Made by a program: the position numbers and the translations under genes
Assembly: GCA_043813365.1 (NCBI GenBank)
Contig: JBDRLB010000002.1
Span: forward strand, 1 to 30,399
DNA: 30,399 nucleotides
Origin: Candidatus Micrarchaeota archaeon
GTDB lineage: Archaea; Micrarchaeota; Micrarchaeia; Norongarragalinales; SBBD01
Reading direction: 5' to 3'
Shown here: positions 17,276-26,611 of the stretch, piece after piece
Layout of the letters: the number at the start of each line of letters is the position of its first letter
Numbering within the stretch: position 1 is the stretch's first letter
Notes under the pieces: generated by a model
Told to the model about the DNA's origin: nothing
Databases searched by the model: none
The model's input: only the letters and a program-made list of their open reading frames with translations

Positions 17276-18004
17276 TCATGCGCCGTTGTTTTCAACGGAC
17301 ACGTATTTCTCCTTCAGCGCCTGCACCTGCAAAGCCTTTACTTTTTCAGCTGCCTCGAATGCTAGATCAATTGCCCTTGAAACCTCTTCTTTTTGGAGCA
17401 TCCCATCGAGCTGGAAAAGGAGGATTTCCTTTGAACGCAGGGAGACGATTATGGGGATGTCGGAATCGCCGTAGTTGTCTTCTGGCTTGTCCACATCAAC
17501 GACTATTTCGCCGTCGACTTTGCCTATTGAAACGCCCTGCACCAGATCCTTCATCGGAATTCCGGCATCAGCAAGCGCAACTGCGGCAGCTGTGATGCCT
17601 GCAATGCGCGTCCCTCCATCCGATTGCAAAATTTCAATGCTGATGTCTATTTGCGTCTTTGGGAACTGGTTTACGAGAACTGCATTTTCGAATACATGCT
17701 TTGCCACCTTCCCTATTTCAATTGCCCTGCGGTTGGGGCCGCTCCTTCCGTGCTCCTCCAGTGAGGAGAAGGGTGCCATCGAGTACTTGCAGTTGATCAG
17801 GGCCTTGTTCAAATTGGTAAGGTGTTTGGGAAACACTTCCCGCGGGCCGTATACTGCCGCAAGGACCTTGTTCCGCCCCCACTCCATGAGGGCGCTTCCG
17901 TCCGCCTTCCTTAAAACGCCGGCGGTGATTTTCATCGGCCTGAGGTCCGTAAGGCCCCTTCCGTCAAGCCGCACTCCGTTCTTAATCAAAATCGGTTTTT
18001 CCAT
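17276..18004 (-). CDS. rrp41: Exosome complex exonuclease Rrp41
   Basis: RLDGR..DLRP, ADGSA, AVYGPRE, YSMAPFS, SDGGTR and ALADAGIPM. The start could lie further upstream, up to 18043. Confidence 0.97.
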   Translation of the reverse strand: MEKPILIKNGVRLDGRGLTDLRPMKITAGVLRKADGSALMEWGRNKVLAAVYGPREVFPKHLTNLNKALINCKYSMAPFSSLEEHGRSGPNRRAIEIGKVAKHVFENAVLVNQFPKTQIDISIEILQSDGGTRIAGITAAAVALADAGIPMKDLVQGVSIGKVDGEIVVDVDKPEDNYGDSDIPIIVSLRSKEILLFQLDGMLQKEEVSRAIDLAFEAAEKVKALQVQALKEKYVSVENNGA

Positions 18005-18039
18005 TTTAATCACTTTTTTCATGAATTCTTTCGAAATGC

Positions 18040-18648
18040 TCATGGTTTGCTGTTTTTGGACTCGGCTTCGAGGAAAGCCTGCATCCTGTCCGTCAGGCCG
18101 TGGAGATGCGCCTCCTTTTCGATTTTCAGTATTGACCTTACTGCGAGAGGCAGGTTGCCCTCCTTGATGTAGATGCGGCCGTTCTTGCCCACGAACAGCT
18201 TGCTCCTCGAATATTTCTCTATCATGGAAACCATGCTGGAATTCCTCCCTATAATGCGGGGAATCTTGACGGACTCTACCTCCAAGAGCCTTCCCCCAAA
18301 GAGCTTCCGGGGCTCGACCAGCATCGGCTCGTTTACTTCGTCGACATCCTGTATCAGTGCGGAAATCACGTCCCCTATCTGGAAATTCTCACGGCTTTCC
18401 CTTGCTGAAAGCTGGCCGTCGTAAGGCGAGTTCATGTCAACAGTATAGCCGCTGAAGCGGACGTCCTTTACGATGCCAACAACATAGTCCTGCACAACTG
18501 GGAGGTATTTGCCCTTCAGAGGAACAACCTTGTCGTCGTATTTGGTGCATATGAGGCTCGCAAACGTGCTGTTCTTGTCAACGAATGCACCAATGAAGTG
18601 CTTGGGCTCGGAATAGAGCAGGTCCCCGGGAACATGTATTTCGGCCAT
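18040..18648 (-). CDS. rrp4: Exosome RNA-binding protein Rrp4 (S1 + KH)
   Basis: VPGD, PLKGKYLP..DYVVG, KIPRIIGRNSSM, VGKNGRIYI and EAHLHGLTDR. Confidence 0.95.
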   Translation of the reverse strand: MAEIHVPGDLLYSEPKHFIGAFVDKNSTFASLICTKYDDKVVPLKGKYLPVVQDYVVGIVKDVRFSGYTVDMNSPYDGQLSARESRENFQIGDVISALIQDVDEVNEPMLVEPRKLFGGRLLEVESVKIPRIIGRNSSMVSMIEKYSRSKLFVGKNGRIYIKEGNLPLAVRSILKIEKEAHLHGLTDRMQAFLEAESKNSKP

Positions 18649-18808
18649 ATCTGATTCACGCTCTTTCAGCTTAAGTAGAAATAATCTTGCAAAACCAAAT
18701 GCCGCATGGCTTGTTTAAGAGTCAAAGCCTGCTGCTTAAAAGTCTTATTTCTCTTTCCGTATTGATTTTCATTGATTAAGTTAAAAAAGGTTGGGTTTGG
18801 AGAGGGGG

Positions 18809-19579
18809 TCACACCGCCTGCTTCTCGCATGAGAGCTTGTAATCCGGCTGCTCGATATGGGAGCAAAGCGCAGGGTCTTTCAATTGCAGCGCAAGGAAGA
18901 AGAAGCACTGGCCGCGGTTTGCCCCGTCATTCACTTGTGAGCAGAGCATGGGGTCGAGCAGCTTCTGCGCAACAAGCTTCAGGCACATGTCCCCTTCCTT
19001 CCTGTCGTCAAGTGTGCCGCACAGTTGTGGATGGCCGAGTTCAACTGCAATTGCTTCAATGCAGAAGCCGGCTGCAATTTTATCCTGTATTTTGGCGCAC
19101 AGGCCGGCATCCTTCAGGGAGCGCGCGACTTTATCATAGCATTCGTGCTTATTTTGCAATTCGGGGATCTTCTCGCACGGCTCGGTGCTGCCAGTTGAAA
19201 CCGCAATTTCGGCGAGGCATTCTGTTTTTTTGGAGGCGCCCGATATTTCCTCGCAAAGTGGGGCTGAGCTCATTGCAATTGCGGCGCCTTTGAGGCACGC
19301 ATCCTTCAAATTGGTTGTTTCAAGTTCATAGCAGGGGGCAGCATCCCCGAACTTCTTTGATGCTTGGAAGTAGCAATCTTCCTTCTCATATGGAATGAAC
19401 TTGTCGCATTCGGCAAACTCGTCCTGCGGAATGGGCGAAAGTTCGGGCATAGGCGAGGGGGTGGGGCTCGAAATTACTTTTAACACGGGCGGCACAGAGT
19501 ACTCGGCGGTGGTGCAGCCTAAAAGGAGGATGGACAGAAAAAGCAGGAAAATAGGGAAAAATGGGAAATTGGGAGCCAT
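18809..19579 (-). CDS. Lipoprotein with eight Cys-pair repeats
   Basis: Signal peptide with LLGC lipobox, Pro/Ser linker, then C-x(10-11)-C-x13 repeats. Confidence 0.8.
   Translation of the reverse strand: MAPNFPFFPIFLLFLSILLLGCTTAEYSVPPVLKVISSPTPSPMPELSPIPQDEFAECDKFIPYEKEDCYFQASKKFGDAAPCYELETTNLKDACLKGAAIAMSSAPLCEEISGASKKTECLAEIAVSTGSTEPCEKIPELQNKHECYDKVARSLKDAGLCAKIQDKIAAGFCIEAIAVELGHPQLCGTLDDRKEGDMCLKLVAQKLLDPMLCSQVNDGANRGQCFFFLALQLKDPALCSHIEQPDYKLSCEKQAV
18812..19408 (-). repeat. Protein-level tandem repeat, 8 units of about 26 aa (last one partial)
   Basis: Examples: CEKIPELQNKHECYDKVARSLKDAGL and CAKIQDKIAAGFCIEAIAVELGHPQL. 16 regularly spaced Cys; degenerate at DNA level. Confidence 0.85.
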
Positions 19580-19602
19580 GGATTATTCAGGCCCGCATTC
19601 CC

Positions 19603-20292
19603 TTAAAGCACTTTCGTCTGCACGGATCCGCTTGTGAGCTTGTTCAGCCGGTCATAGAATTCGCCCCGAAGGCCGGCGGGGATCTCCACCATTGCGACAA
19701 GGGAGCCGTCGTTGCCATATTCCTCCTTCTTGATGCCGTATTCCTTCAGCGTGCCATATGCGCGGCCGGCAAACTCGGCAGGTACTTTCACTGCTATTTT
19801 CATCTTCTCAAGGGAAATGGGGATGATTTCACGGATCGAGTCTATGGCGTCCTCCATCTGCTCCTCGGCTGATTTGAACGGGTCGAGGTGGAAGCGCGCT
19901 TCGTCAAGCGCGTTTTGTATCCTAAGGGGAGGGTGGGGGGTTTTGTTGCGGGGGTCAATTGCATTCCTTGCGATCAGCTCGGTCAGTTTTGCCTTCTTCT
20001 CCTCAATGAGCTTGCGCTTCTGGTCTGTTGTGATCTGCAAATCGCCCTCCTTGATGATGATTTTTGCAATCTCTTCCATGCTTTCAGTGTGGAAGGCCTT
20101 TTTCAAGGAGGCGGCCGTGTGGCGTTCGCCCTTGTTCGCATCCTTGAATACCTCATCTGCCATCAGCACATTGGAAAAATCGGACCGGTGGCCAAGCTTG
20201 TATTCATAGCCTTTCTTAGGGTCTACGAGTATCTCGAATTTCTCGCCGTTCTTGTCGAGCCGGCATATCAACACTCCTTCGATTTGCGACAT
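19603..20292 (-). CDS. sdo1: Ribosome maturation factor SBDS/Sdo1
   Basis: GEKFEILVDP, VFKDANKGE, GDLQITTDQKR, IDPRNKTPHPPLRI and DGSL. Start at MSQIEG. Confidence 0.97.
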   Translation of the reverse strand: MSQIEGVLICRLDKNGEKFEILVDPKKGYEYKLGHRSDFSNVLMADEVFKDANKGERHTAASLKKAFHTESMEEIAKIIIKEGDLQITTDQKRKLIEEKKAKLTELIARNAIDPRNKTPHPPLRIQNALDEARFHLDPFKSAEEQMEDAIDSIREIIPISLEKMKIAVKVPAEFAGRAYGTLKEYGIKKEEYGNDGSLVAMVEIPAGLRGEFYDRLNKLTSGSVQTKVL

Positions 20293-20353
20293 AAAAACAC
20301 ACCACAAACACAAAACAGCAAAATTAATACGCGTTTCGGAAAAAGGGGAAAGG

Positions 20354-20923
20354 CTATGCGACTGAATTTTGATCTGTTGGGCCGGAGGCATTTTTTTCGC
20401 CGGAATCCGCAGCTGGCTCTTCTGTTCCGGCCTTGTCGCTTACTGAAATTATTTTCGGCCTGCTGAGGAACTGCTTCAGCGAGGAGCTGCACTGCTCCCC
20501 GGCATGGTTGACCCAATTGAGCGCGAATAGCGAGCGGGTTTCTTCGGGGATTTCGTCCACTTCGAGAAGCTGCCATATGGCCCTGCTGAACCATGCGATG
20601 CTCTCGCGGGAGTTCCGGCCGTCGAATGTAATTGCGATCAGTTTGGAGGGGGAAAACATGTCCGGGGGAGTGATTGTGGGGGAGAGCTTTTCAACAGAGG
20701 AAGGGAATTTGAATGATTCGCCAGTGATGTCGGAAATAACCCCGAACTTCCGGAGCCAAAGCATTTTGGTTTCCTCTTGAAGGGAGGGGAAGCGGGGATC
20801 CGCTATTGCAAGGATGATGGAGCGGTGTTCCCTGTCGATTAGGCAGCAGCATTCGGATTTTTTCGCTGAGGGGTCTAGCAGGGGGTCGCCGAACTTCCCG
20901 ATCTCGATGTCCCAGTCGGTCAT
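20354..20923 (-). CDS. Hypothetical protein
   Basis: 189-aa ORF co-oriented with, and filling the gap between, psmA and sdo1. No family recognised. Confidence 0.6.
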   Translation of the reverse strand: MTDWDIEIGKFGDPLLDPSAKKSECCCLIDREHRSIILAIADPRFPSLQEETKMLWLRKFGVISDITGESFKFPSSVEKLSPTITPPDMFSPSKLIAITFDGRNSRESIAWFSRAIWQLLEVDEIPEETRSLFALNWVNHAGEQCSSSLKQFLSRPKIISVSDKAGTEEPAADSGEKNASGPTDQNSVA

Positions 20924-20971
20924 GAAATAATTAGGGAGGCGGAATTTATATTTGGGATGATTTTGGGGAAA

Positions 20972-21688
20972 TTACTTTATTTCGGAAATAAGCTTCGTGA
21001 TCTCATCCTTCTTCAGGAAAGTCACTTTCTTATGTTCCTTCGTGATCACGGCAACATCCACATTCGAAGGAGAGAGTTTTTCCTCAACTGATTTCTTCAG
21101 TGCTTTGAGGGCAAGCTTCAGCCCTTCCGGGTAGGTGATGGAGTCGGCATATTCCTTCTCGAAAAATTCTTCAACTGGCTTCTTGCCGCTGCCGATTCCA
21201 GTTGCCCTGTACTCGAAAAGCGCCCCCGAGGGGTCGGTTTCATATAATTTGAAAGAGCCGTCCATCCCTGCAATTAAAAGGGAAACTCCGTAGGGGCGGA
21301 CTCCTGCGTATTGCGTGAATGTCTGTATCTGGTCGCCGATTTTTTTTGCGAGTGATTCTATTGGTATTTCCGTCCCGAAAACTATGCGGTGGCGCTGCGC
21401 TTCAAGGCGGGCGAAATCAACGAGCTTGCGCGCATCCGCGATCAGCCCGGAGCTTGCGGCAACTATGTGCTTATCGATCTGGAAAATCTTTTCGTGGGAT
21501 TCGGGAACTATGAGGGAGGAACCCAGCCTCTTGTGCGCGGCCAGGATCACCGCGTCCTTTGTGACGATTCCGACGCAGGGCGTGCCGGTTCTTACTGCTT
21601 CCCTAGCATACTCTACTTGGAAGAGCCTTCCGTCAGGTGAGAAAACGGTTATTGCGCGGTCGTATTGCGCTTGAGAGGGAGGATACAT
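20972..21688 (-). CDS. psmA: Proteasome subunit alpha
   Basis: YDRAITVFSPDGRLFQVEYA, RPYGVSLLIAG and LYETDPSG. AGGTGA precedes ATG 21688. Confidence 0.98.
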   Translation of the reverse strand: MYPPSQAQYDRAITVFSPDGRLFQVEYAREAVRTGTPCVGIVTKDAVILAAHKRLGSSLIVPESHEKIFQIDKHIVAASSGLIADARKLVDFARLEAQRHRIVFGTEIPIESLAKKIGDQIQTFTQYAGVRPYGVSLLIAGMDGSFKLYETDPSGALFEYRATGIGSGKKPVEEFFEKEYADSITYPEGLKLALKALKKSVEEKLSPSNVDVAVITKEHKKVTFLKKDEITKLISEIK

Positions 21689-21796
21689 GACATTATCACC
21701 TAAGTTTTGAACATGATATAGTCTAAAAAGGATGAACGGTAACATCTTAGAGCTCGGAGGTTATTTATAGGTTTGGTTTTAAGGAAGGGGAAAAGC

Positions 21797-23506
21797 ATGA
21801 GCAGGATAGCGATTGTGGACAGGAACCTCTGCAACCCGTTGAAGTGCAATTTGGAGTGCATGCGAGCATGCCCATCCAACAGGCTGAGGAAGGAGTGCAC
21901 TTTCCTTGTCAATAAGAAAACGGGCGAGAAGCACATTGATTTCAAGTACGAGTATTCGAAGGAGATAAAGAGCAATTCGGTTGCGTTCATTGAACCTTCT
22001 TTGTCGCAGGGATGCAATATCTGCGCGAAGGCGTGCCCGTTCCATGCGATCAATGTCGTGAACCTTCCGGAAGCGAAGAAGGAGGAGCTGGTTTACTCTT
22101 ACGGAAAAAACGGTTTCCAATTGTACAAGTTGGCAATTCCGAGAACTGGGATCGTTGCGATTGTTGGGGAGAATGGGGTTGGGAAGAGCACCAACCTGAA
22201 ATTGATTGCCGGCAAACTTGCTGCCCAGAAGTTCCCCTCCAAGGAGATTAAGGAATATTTCGAGAAGCTAAAGCCGGATGCACTGGTTTACAAGCCGCAG
22301 GAAATTTCGGGCATGGGGGAGAAACGCAAAGTGTGCGAATTGCTGAAACACGTTGATGAGAGGAAGGAGTTGGGGAAACTCAAGGAAATATTCGATCTCG
22401 ACCGCATTTGGGAGAGGGAATTGCAGCAGCTTTCAGGAGGGGAATTGCAGAAGGTGGTTGTTTGCGCGGCGCTGCTAAGGGAGAAGGAAACGTACTTTTT
22501 GGATGAGCCGTTTTCCTTCCTTGATTATGTTTACCGGATACGGCTAATCAACTACCTTTTGGAGAATTTCCAGCAGAAAAAAGTGCTCATCATTGACCAC
22601 GACATTTCGCTGCTCTCATATCTGTGCAAGCAGAGCTACCTGATGTTTGGGGAGCCGGGCGCATATGGGATAGTATCGCAGGTTTATGGGACCGACCGGG
22701 CGATAAACATGTTCATCGAGGGGTACATCGGGCCGGAGAACATGCGTTTTAGGGAGGAGAGGATCGCATACAAGCATTACATGGGGGAGACGCATAGGAA
22801 GAAGCTGATGGAGATCCCGAAAATGGAAATGAAGAGGGGGGAATTTGTGGTGAAAAACCCCTCTGCAATCCAGATAAATGAGGGCGAAATCGTCGGGATA
22901 GCCGGCAAGAACGGGATTGGGAAAAGCACCATTTGCAGGAGGATTTTCGAGGAGCACCCGACTACTGCGGCGTTCAAGGAGCAGATACTTGCTAGGGAGA
23001 ATGATATTGCAGGGAAATATTTCGAGAAGAGGGATTTGTTTTCTGAAAACTACCTCCATCAGATGAAAATGAGGAAGCTGGAGTACTACAACATCGAAAA
23101 ATTGAGCGGGGGGGAATTGCAGAAACTTGAAATTTTCAGGGCGCTTAACCAGGAGAAGGCGCTTTACATATTGGATGAGCCCACGAACATGCTGGATGTG
23201 AGCTCGAGGATCCTGCTCTCAAAAGTGTTTCGGGAGAGGGTTGCTGCTGATCGTGCAGTGCTGGTTGTCGACCATGATTTGGAGTTCCTGCATAACACGG
23301 TTGACCGCTTGATTGTGATGGAAGGGGAGAGTGGTAAGCATGGGGAAGTTGCCGGAATATTCGATAAGGATGAGGGCGTGCGGATGCTGATGGCAGAATT
23401 CGACCTTTCATATAGGAGGGATACGGATACGAAGCGGCTGAAATTGAATAAGAAGGGGAGCAAGAAGGATGTGGAGCTTAAGGAGAAGAAGAGGTTCATC
23501 GAATAG
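21797..23506 (+). CDS. ABCE1/RLI ribosome-recycling ATPase (divergent)
   Basis: RIAIVD, N-terminal Fe-S domain, two NBDs (GENGVGKST/LSGGELQ/LDEP and GKNGIGKST/LSGGELQ/LDEP) and C-terminal YRRD..LNK.GS.KD. Confidence 0.93.
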   Translation: MSRIAIVDRNLCNPLKCNLECMRACPSNRLRKECTFLVNKKTGEKHIDFKYEYSKEIKSNSVAFIEPSLSQGCNICAKACPFHAINVVNLPEAKKEELVYSYGKNGFQLYKLAIPRTGIVAIVGENGVGKSTNLKLIAGKLAAQKFPSKEIKEYFEKLKPDALVYKPQEISGMGEKRKVCELLKHVDERKELGKLKEIFDLDRIWERELQQLSGGELQKVVVCAALLREKETYFLDEPFSFLDYVYRIRLINYLLENFQQKKVLIIDHDISLLSYLCKQSYLMFGEPGAYGIVSQVYGTDRAINMFIEGYIGPENMRFREERIAYKHYMGETHRKKLMEIPKMEMKRGEFVVKNPSAIQINEGEIVGIAGKNGIGKSTICRRIFEEHPTTAAFKEQILARENDIAGKYFEKRDLFSENYLHQMKMRKLEYYNIEKLSGGELQKLEIFRALNQEKALYILDEPTNMLDVSSRILLSKVFRERVAADRAVLVVDHDLEFLHNTVDRLIVMEGESGKHGEVAGIFDKDEGVRMLMAEFDLSYRRDTDTKRLKLNKKGSKKDVELKEKKRFIE

Positions 23507-23548
23507 TGTTTTTAATTATTGTGCTGAATAAATCCGTTAGGTGATAAT

Positions 23549-24007
23549 ATGGGATGGCCCGGGAGGAAACTTCACGAACTAATGATCGATTTTACGCACT
23601 TAAAAAAGGTTCCGAAGACCGTAAGCTCTAACATGATTCTTAAACGAAAGGCAATTACGGTCAGTTTGGCTGAAGGAAGGTTCGGGGGGGTGCACTCACA
23701 GGTTACGGACCTCGGCTTTGTAGCAGTAAAAGGAAGCGAGGTGGAACCGCAAAATAATGAAATTGCTTTTATTGCCTTTAAGGAAAAAGTGAGAGAGACC
23801 GGGGCATCTTTCTTGGGCATGAAGCTGGGCGATAGATTTGTCTTAACTCATTTTCTCCATTCAAAAGGCCCTGCAAACCAATTTATCAGAATGGCAGAGC
23901 CATTGGCAGTTGATGTTAAGGGGGAACTGGGGAAATCGGTTGAAAATGTTGCCTTTGCGTTGAAAATAGAAAGACAGAGGCTGGAAAGGAAAAAAGGCAA
24001 ACCATAA
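23549..24007 (+). CDS. Hypothetical basic protein
   Basis: AGGTGA before the ATG and a Lys/Arg-rich C-terminus. No family recognised. Confidence 0.7.
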   Translation: MGWPGRKLHELMIDFTHLKKVPKTVSSNMILKRKAITVSLAEGRFGGVHSQVTDLGFVAVKGSEVEPQNNEIAFIAFKEKVRETGASFLGMKLGDRFVLTHFLHSKGPANQFIRMAEPLAVDVKGELGKSVENVAFALKIERQRLERKKGKP

Positions 24008-24153
24008 TAGGCGCTAATTTGCAACTGAACCCCCGAGGATTGTTGCCAGCTTGCTTTATAAAACATTAACTTAAAGTTGATTTTTCTTATACCCAAATAA
24101 TATATTCCCTAAACTGGACCATTATTGCGTGGGGGCAGAAAAAGGTGCTGATT

Positions 24154-24426
24154 ATGAGAATGCCCCGCAAAAGAAAGGAAGAGGAAAATGACCGTTGTGA
24201 ACTGAATCCGTGCGACTCCAAGAGCAAGCGCAGGGAGCTGCTTTCCGATTTCTGGGATGATGAGAGGGGGCAGGTATCGGCTGAAATGCTGATAATAATC
24301 GCCGCGCTGATTGCCGTCGCGATAGTGCTGATAGGGCAGCTGCAGAGTTCGGCAAAAACCGGCGCGAAGAATCTGAACGCAAAAACGGAGAGCGCATGGA
24401 AGGAGATAGGGGAAATAGGGAAATGA
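24154..24426 (+). CDS. Class III signal peptide (type IV pilin-like) protein
   Basis: ERG|QVSAEMLIII followed by a hydrophobic helix (DUF361-type QxSxE motif). Confidence 0.85.
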   Translation: MRMPRKRKEEENDRCELNPCDSKSKRRELLSDFWDDERGQVSAEMLIIIAALIAVAIVLIGQLQSSAKTGAKNLNAKTESAWKEIGEIGK

Positions 24427-24869
24427 ACGATATGAATCTAAAAAGCAAAAACGCCAGGGGGCAGTTAAGCTTGGAGATGCTCGTCGTGCTTGCAGCGCTA
24501 TTGGCATTTTTCCTCGCGTTTGCGCCCGCAATAGGGGCAAGTGGGGATTTGGCGGGGTATGCGATGAAGGAGCAGCAGATGCGATTTGGGTTCGAAAAAA
24601 TCTGCTGGATGGCGGTTGAAGCAGAGAATTTGGGGAAAGGAGCCGTGTTGGCAGCCGAAGCGTATTTCCCGGAGGAGATGAGATTGTCATTTGCAAGGGG
24701 GAAATTTATTGGGGAGTACGAAATATTTGGAAGGAAGCGGCAAGTAGGGAAGGAGTTGAAGTATTTGATGGAGTTGGAGGAGCAAACGATCCGAATTGGG
24801 AGGCAAATATTGACTGCTGAAAACGCCGGTGACGCAATTAAACTCGGAATTGCCGCTGAAAAGGGTTAA
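24423..24869 (+). CDS. Class III signal peptide (type IV pilin-like) protein
   Basis: ARG|QLSLEMLVVL followed by a hydrophobic helix. ATGA overlap with the preceding gene. Confidence 0.82.
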   Translation: MNDMNLKSKNARGQLSLEMLVVLAALLAFFLAFAPAIGASGDLAGYAMKEQQMRFGFEKICWMAVEAENLGKGAVLAAEAYFPEEMRLSFARGKFIGEYEIFGRKRQVGKELKYLMELEEQTIRIGRQILTAENAGDAIKLGIAAEKG

Positions 24870-24918
24870 AAACATTCTGCTGGTAAAGTTTACCGCTCTG
24901 ATTAACACGGGTGGGAAA

Positions 24919-25206
24919 ATGAAAATTTCTGATTTGAAAGCCGGTACGGGAAATGTTGAAGTTGCGGGAGAGATTACCAATCTCGACACGCCAAGGGAAA
25001 TCAACAAGATGGGCAGGGTTTTGCGGGTTGCAAATGCTACATTGAAGGATGAGAGCGGAACCATCATGCTTGTTTTATGGAATGACGACATCGACAAGGT
25101 GCAGGTTGGGAACATGGTCAAAATCACAAACGGCTATGTGAACACCTGGCAGGACAAAACGCAGCTCACGCTTGGGAAATTCGGGAAGATGCAAGTGATG
25201 GAGTAA
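24919..25206 (+). CDS. Single OB-fold ssDNA-binding protein (SSB/RPA)
   Basis: MKISDLKAG, RVANATLKDESGTI.LVLW, VKITNGYV and QLTLGKFG. Confidence 0.92.
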   Translation: MKISDLKAGTGNVEVAGEITNLDTPREINKMGRVLRVANATLKDESGTIMLVLWNDDIDKVQVGNMVKITNGYVNTWQDKTQLTLGKFGKMQVME

Positions 25207-25226
25207 AAACAAGCACGGCGGAATTG

Positions 25227-25811
25227 CTATTCTTCACTCTTTTTTTGTACGATAGTGTAACTGGCGAAACCTTTTCTTATTTCAGCGCCGACTTTGTCGC
25301 AGGCGGTTTGCAAATCCCTCTGGAATGCTTTGCTTTCAGTATAACCAGTACCGGGCACTCGAACTTCTGCCCTAGGCCCCAGTATTTTCCTCAACATCAT
25401 CTCCATGAGAAGGGGTCTGCACCCCAGGTATTTTTCGTGCGTTTTAAATGGAATGATTTTATCCCGAAGGCGATAAGAATTTTGAACGGGACCGAAAGAG
25501 AGTTCTTTGTATTCTGCACCTCGGAGTTTGGCATGGTCGTTTACTGCGATGGTGGCAATTGTTCCGGGAAACCCGCTTGCGGGTCCGTTTTTATCGGTGG
25601 CAGCCGCGGCCTTCTTGAACAGTTCCATTTCGCGGGGCTCGGGATAAACAAGCCCGCCCACTGCAAATATGACCTTAAGCTGGCCATTGAGGGGTTCGCG
25701 CACTACCATCGTCAGCATATGACCGTGTTTTTGCACAGACCGTTTCCCGATTATTCTCTCTCCTTTGAAATTAACCTTCCAGGCTCGTTTGGCTATCTCA
25801 AAGGGCTCCAT
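25227..25811 (-). CDS. Hypothetical basic protein
   Basis: 194-aa ATG-started ORF filling the gap between SSB and the regulator. No family recognised. Confidence 0.65.
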   Translation of the reverse strand: MEPFEIAKRAWKVNFKGERIIGKRSVQKHGHMLTMVVREPLNGQLKVIFAVGGLVYPEPREMELFKKAAAATDKNGPASGFPGTIATIAVNDHAKLRGAEYKELSFGPVQNSYRLRDKIIPFKTHEKYLGCRPLLMEMMLRKILGPRAEVRVPGTGYTESKAFQRDLQTACDKVGAEIRKGFASYTIVQKKSEE

Positions 25812-25912
25812 ACAGTAATTTTGGATTGAAGATTAATTAGCATTGTGTGGGATGTCGTAGTGGGGTTCGTCAAGCAGCAAAGTATATATATTACCAAAGG
25901 CTAGAGTTCAGT

Positions 25913-26602
25913 ATGGAGCAATTGAAGGTGAAAATAGCGGGAGAGATAGCGCTATCCTCCGACCCGGGAAGCACCATGAAGAAATGGAGGGAAGTGTTCA
26001 ACGTGCAGCAGACGGAACTTTCCCAATATCTGAAAATTTCACCTTCCACCATAAGCGATTATGAGAGCAATAGGAGGAAATCGCCGGGAATAGGCGTGAT
26101 TAAGAGGCTGGTGGATGCGTTATTTTCCCTCGACCAGCAAAGGGGAGGAAGCACCATAAAGAAATTCAGGGAAGCGGATGAGAGCGGAAGGGGGCTTTAC
26201 GAAGCGATCGAGTTCATCAAGCCCGTGGGCGCAAAGGAGTTTGCAAAATTGATCGAGGCGAAGGTGGTTGCGAACGGCGACAAGCTGGAGAGCCGCAGCA
26301 TTTACGGCTGCACGATCCTCGATTCGGTCAGGGTCATATTGGAGTTGCCGTACGAATCGTTCATCAAGATCTACTCTACAACCTCGGAAAGGGCACTGAT
26401 ATTCACGCACGTTTCAACAGGGAGGAGCCCCATGATTGCGGTAAGGGTGACGCCGATAAAGCCGTCCATAATAATCCTGCATGGGCTGGAGGAGGTGGAC
26501 AAGCTCGCGGTAAAAATTGCGGAAACCGAGGGGATACCGCTTTTGCAAACGAAACTTAGCATCGAGGAAATAAAGAAAAAGGCGAAGGACATCTCTTATT
26601 AG
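25913..26602 (+). CDS. XRE-HTH transcriptional regulator with DRTGG-like C-terminus (COG1709-like)
   Basis: IAGEI..S.DPG.TMKKWR, SPSTISDYE..RRKSPG and RALIFT.VSTGRSPMIAVR. Confidence 0.9.
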   Translation: MEQLKVKIAGEIALSSDPGSTMKKWREVFNVQQTELSQYLKISPSTISDYESNRRKSPGIGVIKRLVDALFSLDQQRGGSTIKKFREADESGRGLYEAIEFIKPVGAKEFAKLIEAKVVANGDKLESRSIYGCTILDSVRVILELPYESFIKIYSTTSERALIFTHVSTGRSPMIAVRVTPIKPSIIILHGLEEVDKLAVKIAETEGIPLLQTKLSIEEIKKKAKDISY

Positions 26603-26611
26603 GGGAATTGC

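Noticed and set aside
17475..18167. Long antisense ORFs (this one, 3818..4570, 8428..9105 and others)
   Set aside because: They are shadows of well-supported genes on the opposite strand and contain no recognisable motifs.
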